This document shows, piece by piece, positions 1 to 9,344 of a stretch of DNA of 64,000 bases. Origin of the DNA: a phage. The stretch is from the NCBI GenBank assembly GCA_014686905.1, contig GCA_014686905.1_4093.1, one strand, 5' to 3'. The notes under the pieces were generated by a model that worked only from the letters and a program-made list of their open reading frames with translations, had not been told where the DNA came from and did not search any database. How positions within the stretch are numbered: the first letter of the stretch is position 1; every line of letters starts with the position of its first letter. The translations under genes were made by a program, and so were the position numbers.

Positions 1-1
1 T

Positions 2-454
2 CGTGAACTCCCACGTGTATTTGGTGCTGTACAAAAACACGTTCAAGCACGTAAGCGTGTACGTGATTTCAAAATTAACAGTACTTATCTGTTAGGTTCA
101 GGTCATGTGACATTCTTTTACGACAAGTTGCTGTACTTACAGAAGCGTCATATCGATATTGTTAACGAATGTTTGCGTCGTGGTATGAAGATTCAAAACA
201 CTGAAGTAAACGACATTAGCGGCTTCCCTGCTGAGTTTTGTAATGACTACGTACCAACGGAGTCAGAGATTAAAATGTCTCGTGATCGTTTGATTGAGAA
301 GCTCCAGATGAAGCCTACGTGGTATAAGTTTACTGATGTTGAATGTCCACAGTACGTTAAAGATATGCAGAACGTAAGTAGTAAGAACGAATCTAGTACT
401 GATATGTTCGACGAAATTGAAGAACAAATCAAAGATGAAATGAATAATTATTAA
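2..454 (+). CDS. denV: Pyrimidine-dimer DNA glycosylase (T4 endonuclease V / DenV-like), 5'-partial, with acidic C-terminal extension
   Basis: Frame open from window edge; translation [43 protein letters not shown]...KPTWYKF matches remembered T4 DenV core almost residue for residue; extra acidic C-terminal tail of about 35 aa. Confidence 0.8.
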   Translation, partial: RELPRVFGAVQKHVQARKRVRDFKINSTYLLGSGHVTFFYDKLLYLQKRHIDIVNECLRRGMKIQNTEVNDISGFPAEFCNDYVPTESEIKMSRDRLIEKLQMKPTWYKFTDVECPQYVKDMQNVSSKNESSTDMFDEIEEQIKDEMNNY

Positions 455-492
455 AGGAAAGGGTTGACTTCGGTTACACAAAGGAACATAAC

Positions 493-687
493 ATGTTATT
501 AGTATATTCAAAGCGTTTCTGGATTTCTTTTATTGTACTATCGCTAATCGGCTTCGGTTTGAGTATACTCTTTTCGTGGGATGAATTGGGTACATGGTAT
601 TATGAAGTCCCGTGGTACATGAAGATAGCTCCTTGTTATGCGGCATTGTTCGTGTCATTCCTTATTGTTGTCTTCAGCGAGGATTAG
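493..687 (+). CDS. small hydrophobic (membrane) protein
   Basis: ORF with AGGA-like SD upstream; two hydrophobic segments. Confidence 0.45.
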   Translation: MLLVYSKRFWISFIVLSLIGFGLSILFSWDELGTWYYEVPWYMKIAPCYAALFVSFLIVVFSED

Positions 688-793
688 TTGATGTAGTATG
701 TGCTACACCAAAGTATTTGGATATTTTAGATATAAACATTGACACCTGTTCTATCTTTCTGTATTATGTACATCACCAAATGAGGAATACAAC

Positions 794-1153
794 ATGGCAT
801 CTTTAAGTGAAATCGCAGAATACAACCCACTAACAATCTCAACAATTCAACGTACAAAAACTTTTTATTTCCGTCCTGCTGATGGATGGAAACGTGGAAT
901 GAATGGTGACTATCGAGTACTGGAAGATTCACTAATCGAGCGTATCAACTCTGAACTACAGAAGTATGAAGGTGTTAAAGTTGTGCGTTCAACTTCTCGT
1001 TATTTTGAGTACTACATTGAGTCTTCAACTGTAAATGAAAACTCATCATTCTCGGTGGACAACACTGATATTCTTCGTAATGCTGTTGGTCTTTTATGCA
1101 GGATTGCAGAAGAAATTGGATTAACTATCACCACAATGAGTGAGTTAGAATAA
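794..1153 (+). CDS. hypothetical protein
   Basis: ORF with SD GAGGAA 6-8 nt upstream of ATG; followed by terminator hairpin. Confidence 0.55.
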   Translation: MASLSEIAEYNPLTISTIQRTKTFYFRPADGWKRGMNGDYRVLEDSLIERINSELQKYEGVKVVRSTSRYFEYYIESSTVNENSSFSVDNTDILRNAVGLLCRIAEEIGLTITTMSELE

Positions 1154-1156
1154 CAT

Positions 1157-1204
1157 AAAGGGTTGACTTCGGTCAGCCCTTTTTGCTATAATTATTTCAT
1201 CAAC
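1157..1204 (+). terminator. composite hairpin terminator plus promoter (GGGTTGAC-TTCG-GTCAGCCC, T-run, TATAAT); left copy of 48-bp direct repeat
   Basis: 8-bp stem with UUCG loop followed by TTTTT; TTGACT inside the stem lies 18 bp upstream of TATAAT. Confidence 0.6.
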
Positions 1205-1218
1205 ACAAGAGGTAACAA

Positions 1219-1455
1219 ATGAAACTATCTTTTATACGATTAGCTGAATTCTTCGGTACTGATGTAATTACTTTACAACAAATTGCAGATAATACTTCAT
1301 TAAGTACACAAGAAGTACTTGACTTAGATGTAATTCAGTGCGATAATACTTCCATCGATTTCAAAGAAGGTCTTGTCGAAAAAGATAAGATTAAAGCTAA
1401 GATTAATGGTGCTGGGCGGGTTCAGTACTGGAAAGGAGTATTAAGTAATGTTTGA
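1219..1455 (+). CDS. hypothetical protein (inside repeat-flanked cassette)
   Basis: ORF with SD AGAGG upstream; overlaps start of next ORF. Confidence 0.5.
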   Translation: MKLSFIRLAEFFGTDVITLQQIADNTSLSTQEVLDLDVIQCDNTSIDFKEGLVEKDKIKAKINGAGRVQYWKGVLSNV

Positions 1456-2566
1456 ACAGTATTATTTAAATGAAGATGGTGAAAAAGTTTATTTTCATGA
1501 AGAACTTGGTATGCGTTTTGAATGGATGAAGCCTGAAGATATAAAAAGGGTTTCAAAAGGACTCACTGCTAAGGATCATGTTGATGACATAGAAGCAAAA
1601 TTAAAAAACAAAGATATTGACAATATTACTATTATTGGATTATCAGTTAAATCATCACGTGAGTTTGGTAAAAACGGAAATAGTAATAACAATTTACTGA
1701 TTATGTATAATGGGGTATTGTATGATAATTATAAAATAACTGGTTTAAAAACAAAGCTTGAAAAAATAACAAACAATAAATTCAAGCCATCATTTACCTA
1801 TACAGATGAAAATTATTATTACTATGTAACCAAATTGGGTTCTCTTGAGGAAAGAGGATGCTATATATATGAAAATGAACATTTAGACAATGGGATAATG
1901 TCATATATTAAATTCACATATTCCGATGGATTTACACAACCACGAAGAATAAATGATATAATTACAAAAACATCAATGAACGTTAGATATTTTATAACAC
2001 CTGAAATGCGTGAAACAATTGCTAACACACGCTGTAATGAACTAGGATATACATTAAAAGAAGTTTACAAGAAATCAAATGGTCGTTATTATGTAAAATA
2101 TATATGTGATAAAGGACACGAGTGTAATCAAGACTATTATGCGTTTACTAGTAAACAAGCACAAAAGTGTGGATGCTGTTCCCAATTAGAAACACACTCA
2201 TTTGGTCATAATGATTGTAAAGAGTTTTTGAGAGGAATGTTTGTTACTGAAAGAGAGAAAACATTTCCTGATTTAAAAAATAAATCAAAACTTCCATATG
2301 ATTTTTATATTCGTGATATTAATACGTTATTTGAATATGATGGTAGTAATCACTTTGAAGAACGTGAATCAGGATGGGGAAACGGACTTATGAGGAAAAA
2401 ACACGATAAAATCAAAACAGAATACGCAATAAAAAATGGATATAACTTCATTCGTATTGCGTATTATGAAGACCATATTGGAGCATTGAAATCTTTCCTT
2501 AAACTCATTGAAGAGAATCCAGGAAAGCAAATCGTGCAGATCTATGGTGAAGTACAAATTATCTAA
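1448..2566 (+). CDS. putative homing-endonuclease-like protein with C-terminal PD-(D/E)XK (Vsr/DUF559-like) nuclease motif
   Basis: C-terminal PYDFYI...LFEYDGSNHF...GYNFIRI resembles the D...E(x)DG..H...G(x)(x)(x)R pattern of Vsr/DUF559-type nucleases; Cys/His cluster upstream; AT-rich. Confidence 0.5.
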   Translation: MFEQYYLNEDGEKVYFHEELGMRFEWMKPEDIKRVSKGLTAKDHVDDIEAKLKNKDIDNITIIGLSVKSSREFGKNGNSNNNLLIMYNGVLYDNYKITGLKTKLEKITNNKFKPSFTYTDENYYYYVTKLGSLEERGCYIYENEHLDNGIMSYIKFTYSDGFTQPRRINDIITKTSMNVRYFITPEMRETIANTRCNELGYTLKEVYKKSNGRYYVKYICDKGHECNQDYYAFTSKQAQKCGCCSQLETHSFGHNDCKEFLRGMFVTEREKTFPDLKNKSKLPYDFYIRDINTLFEYDGSNHFEERESGWGNGLMRKKHDKIKTEYAIKNGYNFIRIAYYEDHIGALKSFLKLIEENPGKQIVQIYGEVQII

Positions 2567-2570
2567 AACA

Positions 2571-2618
2571 AAAGGGTTGACTTCGGTCAGCCCTTTTTGC
2601 TATAATTATTTCATCAAC
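2571..2618 (+). terminator. composite hairpin terminator plus promoter; right copy of 48-bp direct repeat
   Basis: Identical to 1157-1204. Confidence 0.6.
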
Positions 2619-2634
2619 TGATGAGGATAACGAA

Positions 2635-3405
2635 ATGACCAGAGAAGCACGTAGCATTCAAATCCAGAAAAACTTCAACTCCATGATGGTTGCTCTTGAG
2701 TGTTTGCTCGACGATAGCAGTACTGTAAAAAGTATGGTTGTCAGTGGTGCTCCTGGTGTTGGTAAGACTTACACCCTGTCTAAACGCCTCCAGAAAGCTC
2801 ATGACGCAGCAGAATGGAACGTAGCTACTATCAGTGGTAAGATGACTACACTGGCTCTGTACGAAGTTCTGTACAAGAATCGTCACAGCACCAACGTGTT
2901 AGTACTGGATGATATGGACAGCATCTTTGATTCTGAAGACGGTATGAACCTGCTCAAAGCTGTTTTGGATAGTGGTAAGCGTACTGTATCTTATATGACT
3001 AGCTCTAAGTACTTGAGCACTAACGGCATTCCTAATAGCTTTGATTTTAATGGTCGCATCGTATTCATTACTAACAAAGATTTAGCGTTAGATGCTAAAG
3101 CTAAAACTAAAATGTCTGCTCATTATGCTGCTCTTATGTCTCGTTCTGTGTACGTGGATTTACAGATTCAGACTAAAAGTGATATCATGATTCATATTGA
3201 AAATGTAATGACTAAGACTAATATTCTTGCATCTAAAGGTGTTAACAGTAACGGCAGTAAAGCAATTCTGAACTGGATGTTAAAACATGAAGATAATCTT
3301 CGTGCACCATCCCTGCGTATGCCTTTGTTGATTTCAGCAGTATATAACAACAATCCGTATGATTGGGAAGAACAATGTGAAAACTTGTTCCTTGAGAAAA
3401 TCTAA
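2635..3405 (+). CDS. P-loop NTPase (AAA-like ATPase)
   Basis: Walker A GAPGVGKT and Walker B-like VLVLDDMD in translation. Confidence 0.7.
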   Translation: MTREARSIQIQKNFNSMMVALECLLDDSSTVKSMVVSGAPGVGKTYTLSKRLQKAHDAAEWNVATISGKMTTLALYEVLYKNRHSTNVLVLDDMDSIFDSEDGMNLLKAVLDSGKRTVSYMTSSKYLSTNGIPNSFDFNGRIVFITNKDLALDAKAKTKMSAHYAALMSRSVYVDLQIQTKSDIMIHIENVMTKTNILASKGVNSNGSKAILNWMLKHEDNLRAPSLRMPLLISAVYNNNPYDWEEQCENLFLEKI

Positions 3406-3472
3406 TTACATATGTTGACAGTACTACCATAGTGTAGTACTATAACTTAATATTCACCACCGGAGATACGAT

Positions 3473-3814
3473 ATGCTTGAGTTTTTTAATTCAGATACAA
3501 TGCTTGGTATCACGCTAATTTACATGTTTGTATTTTTGTGTTATCATTCAATTGTAATTAGTCTGTGGTATTTTAAAAGGAAAATTGTTTTTAAATTGTA
3601 TTCGGATGATAATGTAGTCTTAGTTTTATATAGTATTATCCAAGGTGGGTTTATTTTATTTGGTGTGATGACATATGCGATTTACATGTTACAAATTGAT
3701 AATACACCACACATTACACAATATCTTGTGTTTTCAGGTCTAATCGTGTGGTTGTTGGTGTGTAGCATATACTTTATTATTAAAGCTCGTGATAGAATTA
3801 AAGGGGATTTCTAA
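3473..3814 (+). CDS. small membrane protein, tandem paralog 1 of 8
   Basis: About 3 hydrophobic helices; WYFKRKIVFKLY motif; clear paralog of 3814-4152; stop/start overlap. Confidence 0.6.
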   Translation: MLEFFNSDTMLGITLIYMFVFLCYHSIVISLWYFKRKIVFKLYSDDNVVLVLYSIIQGGFILFGVMTYAIYMLQIDNTPHITQYLVFSGLIVWLLVCSIYFIIKARDRIKGDF

Positions 3815-4152
3815 TGTTAACATTCTTTAAGTCAGATACAATGCTTAGTATTACTTTGATTTATCTTTTTGGTTTTTTCTTTTATCATGCACTGGTTGTA
3901 GTACTATGGTATTTTAAAAAGAAAATTGTTTTTAAACTGTATCCAGTGAGGAATTCATCACTAGTTCTTTACACAATTGTTCAAGGTTTGTTTGCAATTG
4001 TTGGTCTTATGGCACACTTAATTTATTGTGCTAATCCTCACTTGAACTCAATCTCACAATATATTGTATTCTTTGGGTTGTTCATTTGGTTAGGTGTATA
4101 CTTAATCCATCTCATTATTCATGGTAGAGATAAAATTCGCGGAGACTTCTAA
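3814..4152 (+). CDS. small membrane protein, tandem paralog 2 of 8
   Basis: Near-identical architecture to 3473-3814 (MLxFFxSDTML...WYFKKKIVFKLY...RDxIxGDF). Confidence 0.6.
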   Translation: MLTFFKSDTMLSITLIYLFGFFFYHALVVVLWYFKKKIVFKLYPVRNSSLVLYTIVQGLFAIVGLMAHLIYCANPHLNSISQYIVFFGLFIWLGVYLIHLIIHGRDKIRGDF

Positions 4153-4499
4153 TGTTTGAAGCTTATCTTGAGTTTTTAAGGAGTAGTCCAGTTGCACATT
4201 CACTTGCAGGGATTATTCTAACAACTTATGTATCATTTTGGGTAGTTATGTTTCTAGGATGGTATTTTAAACGACAATTCTATAAACGTAATGGTGAAGA
4301 TTTTATGAATTCTGTCATTAATCAATCGTTGTTTGCATCAACATTGATTGCATGTATTGTAGCAACACTCACAGGAAAGGTACTACCAGCTTTTTCCGCA
4401 GTTTACGGCACACTTGGGATGATATGTTTAACTTTTATATTGACCATTAAAATTTGTTGTGTTATGATTGAACTTCGAAATAAGATACCGGAGGAATGA
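4152..4499 (+). CDS. small membrane protein, tandem paralog 3 of 8
   Basis: Hydrophobic; WYFKRQFYKR motif; ATGA overlap with neighbour. Confidence 0.55.
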   Translation: MFEAYLEFLRSSPVAHSLAGIILTTYVSFWVVMFLGWYFKRQFYKRNGEDFMNSVINQSLFASTLIACIVATLTGKVLPAFSAVYGTLGMICLTFILTIKICCVMIELRNKIPEE

Positions 4500-4834
4500 T
4501 GGAGTACTTTATTGATTTACTGCCGTGGTATATGAAAGTTAGTACCATGTACTATATTATTAGTGCTGGATTCTACTTTCTGATGTGGTTCTTTAAACGA
4601 CCAATTTCAGTATTCATCGCTGATAACATGCTGCAATTAAAATTACACGCATGGTTTGGTCTGGCGATGATTATGCCTATTATTCACTACTCAATGATTA
4701 GTAGAGGTTTCCGTTCTAATGGTGAACCAATTGTATTAGTATTCTATTGGGGTTCAACTATTGCATATGTAAGTTTGTTGTTGTTCCCAGTCGTTCATAA
4801 GTTACGTGCTAAAGTTCCTGATGCGAGGTACTAA
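4496..4834 (+). CDS. small membrane protein, tandem paralog 4 of 8
   Basis: Hydrophobic; WFFKRP motif; overlaps neighbours. Confidence 0.55.
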   Translation: MMEYFIDLLPWYMKVSTMYYIISAGFYFLMWFFKRPISVFIADNMLQLKLHAWFGLAMIMPIIHYSMISRGFRSNGEPIVLVFYWGSTIAYVSLLLFPVVHKLRAKVPDARY

Positions 4835-5148
4835 TGGATATAGTAACATTGATTTACACGTTGTATTCATTCTATTTCATTATGTGTTGGGTTGGATTTT
4901 TATTTGTACTCAAGATGTTTGATTATGTTGAAAAACAGATAAAAGAATTTTGTATTCCTTTTATCGGTTCAACCATTATTAGTGTTTCTTGTGTGTATTT
5001 TTTGGTTTTTGATCCACCAGATAACACTGCAATGATTGACTTGATGTTACTACCAACAACTGTTACTTTTTTATGTAGTCTGATGCCGCCGATTAGCCGT
5101 GGACTAACAGAATTTAGACGCAATCAAAAGCGTAAACGAGGGATGTAA
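4834..5148 (+). CDS. small membrane protein, tandem paralog 5 of 8
   Basis: Hydrophobic helices; same size class; abutting neighbours. Confidence 0.5.
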   Translation: MDIVTLIYTLYSFYFIMCWVGFLFVLKMFDYVEKQIKEFCIPFIGSTIISVSCVYFLVFDPPDNTAMIDLMLLPTTVTFLCSLMPPISRGLTEFRRNQKRKRGM

Positions 5149-5516
5149 TGGAAATTGCTCTTATTATCTTAACTGCTATGTTGTTTATTAGTACTGTGGT
5201 TATAATTGGTAAATTCTTTTGTGTATCATTTTTAGAAACGGTATACGATGAAATTGCTGATGATTATGAACTACAAGCCGGATTTTTCATTACGTATTGG
5301 CTTAGTTTATTTTGTCTAGTCATTGCTTGGATTTTACATATCTTTAAATGGGGTATGGTAGACGGTGATCCTATTATGGCAATTATTGTTCTAGTGTTTG
5401 GTATCCTTGGTGGTGCAGTGCATAATCTAATGGTTATCTGGCAAACTGTTCAATATGTTTTGGTTCCCTATTTCGAAAAGATGCACAGTACAATTAAAAA
5501 ACGTAAACGAGGTTAG
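5148..5516 (+). CDS. small membrane protein, tandem paralog 6 of 8
   Basis: Hydrophobic helices; basic C-terminus KKRKRG like neighbour. Confidence 0.5.
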   Translation: MEIALIILTAMLFISTVVIIGKFFCVSFLETVYDEIADDYELQAGFFITYWLSLFCLVIAWILHIFKWGMVDGDPIMAIIVLVFGILGGAVHNLMVIWQTVQYVLVPYFEKMHSTIKKRKRG

Positions 5517-5517
5517 T

Positions 5518-5880
5518 ATGAACGGGATAGAATTATCTTTCGTTGGTCAATTACTAGTAATGGCGTATACATTTATCTTCTCACTGAATGCATTCGTGTG
5601 CATTGGGAAGTACTTCCATAAGCGACCATTATCAAATATATATGATGTAATCCAAAAGAGATATAGTCCAGCATATACTGTGTTGGGTACAGTATTCAAT
5701 TTTGGTTTTATTGTATTAATAATTGGACTGTTCACATCCTCTTTGAATACAATAACCTTCGGTCTTATGATATGTTCATTGGTATTAGCCGTAATTATAT
5801 GTTGTTTAGTACTGCACCTTGTGGTACTATTGTATATAAAGATCTCTGAAATCCACCAACGTTTGGGTATGAGGAAATAA
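5518..5880 (+). CDS. small membrane protein, tandem paralog 7 of 8
   Basis: Start moved to ATG at 5518 (MNGIELSF) just after previous stop; hydrophobic. Confidence 0.5.
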   Translation: MNGIELSFVGQLLVMAYTFIFSLNAFVCIGKYFHKRPLSNIYDVIQKRYSPAYTVLGTVFNFGFIVLIIGLFTSSLNTITFGLMICSLVLAVIICCLVLHLVVLLYIKISEIHQRLGMRK

Positions 5881-5881
5881 T

Positions 5882-6253
5882 ATGAGTTACCGTGAGATAT
5901 TTTCCATTATTTCAATTATTATGTTCAGTACTGGAACACTGGTATGGTTATTATACTTCTTCTGTATTAATCCAGTGTATAATATGTTATGTAATATTAA
6001 ATCAAGTGCCGGATATATCACTTTTATGGTCTTTATGGGATATTATTGTCTAAGCATTTTAGGTGTTGTTTTGGTTGTTATATTTGATGTGGGACCAAAT
6101 AGTGATGGTATGGAAATACATGAATTAATAACCATGTTTGGATGTATGATACCAACAGCACTACTGTTTGTAGCTACTGGTAGTGGATTGATAAAATTAT
6201 ATAATTATTTAAAATCCATTCATAATTCCATTCATAATAAGCGTATGTCATAA
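5882..6253 (+). CDS. small membrane protein, tandem paralog 8 of 8
   Basis: Hydrophobic helices; followed by inverted repeat CCAGTACT...AGTACTGG. Confidence 0.5.
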   Translation: MSYREIFSIISIIMFSTGTLVWLLYFFCINPVYNMLCNIKSSAGYITFMVFMGYYCLSILGVVLVVIFDVGPNSDGMEIHELITMFGCMIPTALLFVATGSGLIKLYNYLKSIHNSIHNKRMS

Positions 6254-6294
6254 TAAAAATCCAGTACTATTAAGTACTGGATTAATAAGGAGTT

Positions 6295-6957
6295 ATGATG
6301 AAAACAAAATTAGGTTTGTTTTATAAAAATTATTTCGTTAAACAGCGTAAATTTATAAAAAAATATTTCTCTGGTGAGAAGTCTAGTCCTATAATTTTTA
6401 AAAGACCAAGTTATAATACTTACTTAGCTGGTGCTAAACAGTCTAAGAAATTTATTACTCTTTTAAATAAAAACAAAATTAAAGCTTCTTATGTTGAAAC
6501 GAGAAGAAACTCATCAATAACTCCTGGTGATTTTATTGAGTACGGATGTTTCAATATTAAGTACAATGATAATACATACTTTATGGATATTGATTGTAAT
6601 ACATCCAATCTTTTTAACATTGTAGTAAATCCATTAAAACAATATAATGTTTATGGTGATTCTATTATCAAATTAATCAAAAACAAAGATAGCTTTGATT
6701 TTGAAATAAATGTTTTAGATGATAATTTTGACGAAGTACCAGTAAACCCTGAAATCTGTGATATTTTAAACAGTTTAAAAGGTAGTACCTACAATATATC
6801 ATCTGATTTAATGTTTCAGTACTCATTAATCCATAAAGATATTGAAAAGTATATTGAATGCTCCAAAATTTTGAATTATCTTTACGATGAATTTAAAAAG
6901 AGTTCTAAAATAACTGCATACACTTTGTACAATATTCCTAAAATGGTGAATCTTTGA
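6295..6957 (+). CDS. hypothetical lysine-rich protein
   Basis: ORF with SD AAGGAG upstream; converges on the minus-strand array. Confidence 0.55.
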   Translation: MMKTKLGLFYKNYFVKQRKFIKKYFSGEKSSPIIFKRPSYNTYLAGAKQSKKFITLLNKNKIKASYVETRRNSSITPGDFIEYGCFNIKYNDNTYFMDIDCNTSNLFNIVVNPLKQYNVYGDSIIKLIKNKDSFDFEINVLDDNFDEVPVNPEICDILNSLKGSTYNISSDLMFQYSLIHKDIEKYIECSKILNYLYDEFKKSSKITAYTLYNIPKMVNL

Positions 6958-8090
6958 CAAATACAGTACTGGCAACTCCACCGTCTGTAATATATTGTCC
7001 AGTACTGTAAATTTGTATACCATCGGTTAAGTAAGTTCTGTATAAAGTTGCTGTAACATATACGTTATTCATATTCATCTCTATTGGTAGTACACATTTG
7101 GTATAGGCCGACACATCTGTTTGTGTACCTATACCCAATTGACCTGCGTTATCGCCTGTGTTATAACCAGTTGCGTAAACACCTAATGAAGTTATAATAT
7201 GATTAGAAAAATATGAATAACCCACACTGCTTCTTATTATATCACCTGGTGCTTGTGTTGTTTGTCTTAACGAAATATATGTTTGTGATGTAGAACCATT
7301 TGCTAACTGACCAAAGTACTGTCCACCACCATGATATGCAAATAATTTATTAGTACTATTATTACTTGCTATAGCAAAAGCGAAGTAACTTGAGTTTGTT
7401 GTATAATCTTTCACCGTATAGGTATTAGTTATTTGAGAACATAACGTGTACTTTGAATATAACGTCATGTCGGTTGTACCTACGCCTGATATTGCACCAG
7501 TATAATACAATCTCCCATCGGTTCCAATAAATCCTTGCATAAGAAAATTTGCCAGTATTTTGGATGGTGTTACTCCAGTAGGTACTGTTCCTTGTACAAA
7601 TGATGAAAGTGAATCGGTACTTCTACCATTTCCCAGTTGTCCATAACTACCATAACCAGTATTCCATATCGTGTTGTCTGTACATAATACGCTTAATGCA
7701 CCTGCACTAACTGCAATTTGTTTTATTGTTTTTCCTAGGGCTGTTATTCTATCAAACACTATCTTTGCAGAAGCCCACGTAGTAGACTTATCAGTTGATA
7801 AACCCAATGATGCACCATTCCCAGCGTACCACATCGTATTATCTTTCTTTTTTATTAAAGTTGACTCATACCCGCACCCATATATCTTCTACGTTTGTAT
7901 TGCATAAAACCCATTGGGTCTGTGTTATAATATTACCTATACCCATTTGCCCAAACTCTTGAGAGCCTCTACTGTATAGTGTCCCGTCTGACATAAGGGC
8001 AAAAACTGTCGTATCAGATGAAGATATTTTGGTAACAGTAGGGGGTAGGTTCTTTTTTGATGATGTGATAATTCTTCCAAAGGGTAGCAT
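6938..8090 (-). pseudogene. RCC1-like repeat paralog (MLPFGRI N-tag), interrupted by frameshift near 7866-7888
   Basis: N-terminal piece (MLPFGRI..., stop 7866-7868) and C-terminal piece (open from 7888) are in different frames and together match the length of intact paralogs; G-rich junction with a nearby A-run. Confidence 0.5.
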
Positions 8091-8162
8091 TGTATCCTCC
8101 AAATGTAAATCGTTATTATATTTAGGACAAAAAAATGCCAGTACAAGGCACTGGCATAAAAT

Positions 8163-9332
8163 CTAAGCAGAAGGCATATCCTTCATTTTAATAAATGAAA
8201 ATTGTGTACCAGTATTTGTGGTTTGATCAGTAAAATATGAATTACTACCAGCCCAGTACAATTCATTATTAACTATACAATATATAACAGAACTCGAACT
8301 CTGTGAATACACACGACTTATATTTGATGGTTCTACTCCAGTACTGAACTGAACCGAACCCAACTGTGAACTTGGTATCACATCAGTTGGTCTACCTAAA
8401 CCATTAACACCAGCCCCACCACCACATGTATATACCCCAGTACTATCAGTTGATATATTAACATAACCATTTCCGGCATTTTCAAATAGTATTTCACTGG
8501 GAACAACACCAAATCCAGTAAGATCTATTTTCCTGAATGTAGTGTAAACAGTAGAACCACCAACACCTCTTCCACCATAATCATTAGAACCAGCCATATA
8601 GATACTATATCCAGAACTTCCTAAACATAATAACTGTACGTTGTCATATAATATTTGCATAGATATAACGTTATCAGGAATACTCAATACCGTAAAAGTA
8701 GTTAAAGAAGAACTTCCAATATTACTACCAACCGATGTTCCACATCTGTAGTACTTACCGCCTTTTATATAATGGAACGATGAACCGCCTAACTTATGTG
8801 CTCCTATTGTACTTACCCCAGTATCTATAAGAATGGGAGATACAACTTTGTTATTAACACCTAACTCAGATCTACTGTTCATACCGAACCCATATAAACG
8901 ACCATCTAACATCAATATTAGTGTACTACCGGAAGTACCCGCTGACGTAAATTCTATATTCTTTATTTGCGACACGTCAATACCTACAAATAATGAAGTT
9001 ACTTCAGTCCAGTTAACATATGAACCACTAGCCCCAAAATATCCACCCATGTATAGACCTGCACAATATAATTTATTATCAACAGTCTTTATTAATGTAC
9101 CGGATACACACGCCCAAAAATCATCAACTTCATAGGGTACATGTACCCAACCACCTAATACATCACTAGCATCCCCTGTACCTAATTTATAGTTCGAACC
9201 AGAACCACGCATGTACATATTCCCTGTACTATAAAGTAATCCGACATGTAATTGACTACCATCCAATTTCTTTATTTCAGGAAGAGTTGGTTTAATATTT
9301 CCGTACTTTAACATTCTTCCAAAAGGTAACAT
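8163..9332 (-). CDS. RCC1-like repeat protein with conserved N-terminal tag MLPFGRMLKYGN
   Basis: Starts MLPFGRMLKYGNI after SD GGAGG; Gly/Ser/Thr/Asn-rich body with repeated GxxxxGQLG-type motifs. Confidence 0.7.
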   Translation of the reverse strand: MLPFGRMLKYGNIKPTLPEIKKLDGSQLHVGLLYSTGNMYMRGSGSNYKLGTGDASDVLGGWVHVPYEVDDFWACVSGTLIKTVDNKLYCAGLYMGGYFGASGSYVNWTEVTSLFVGIDVSQIKNIEFTSAGTSGSTLILMLDGRLYGFGMNSRSELGVNNKVVSPILIDTGVSTIGAHKLGGSSFHYIKGGKYYRCGTSVGSNIGSSSLTTFTVLSIPDNVISMQILYDNVQLLCLGSSGYSIYMAGSNDYGGRGVGGSTVYTTFRKIDLTGFGVVPSEILFENAGNGYVNISTDSTGVYTCGGGAGVNGLGRPTDVIPSSQLGSVQFSTGVEPSNISRVYSQSSSSVIYCIVNNELYWAGSNSYFTDQTTNTGTQFSFIKMKDMPSA

Positions 9333-9344
9333 AATTTTCTCCTT

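Larger units (their letters stand above)
1157..2618 (+). mobile_element. candidate mobile cassette bounded by identical 48-bp direct repeats, carrying a nuclease-like gene
   Basis: 48-bp perfect repeat at 1157-1204 and 2571-2618; interior more AT-rich than flanks; contains PD-(D/E)XK-like nuclease ORF. Confidence 0.4.

Noticed and set aside
612-932. ORFs 612-806 (+) and 726-932 (-)
   Set aside because: Overlap better-supported neighbours (493-687 and 794-1153) and lack an SD
1448-2566. Calling the 372-aa protein a GIY-YIG or HNH homing endonuclease
   Set aside because: Found no GIY...YIG or HNH/HNN motif; the only recognisable pattern is the C-terminal PD-(D/E)XK-like block, so the call is limited to that
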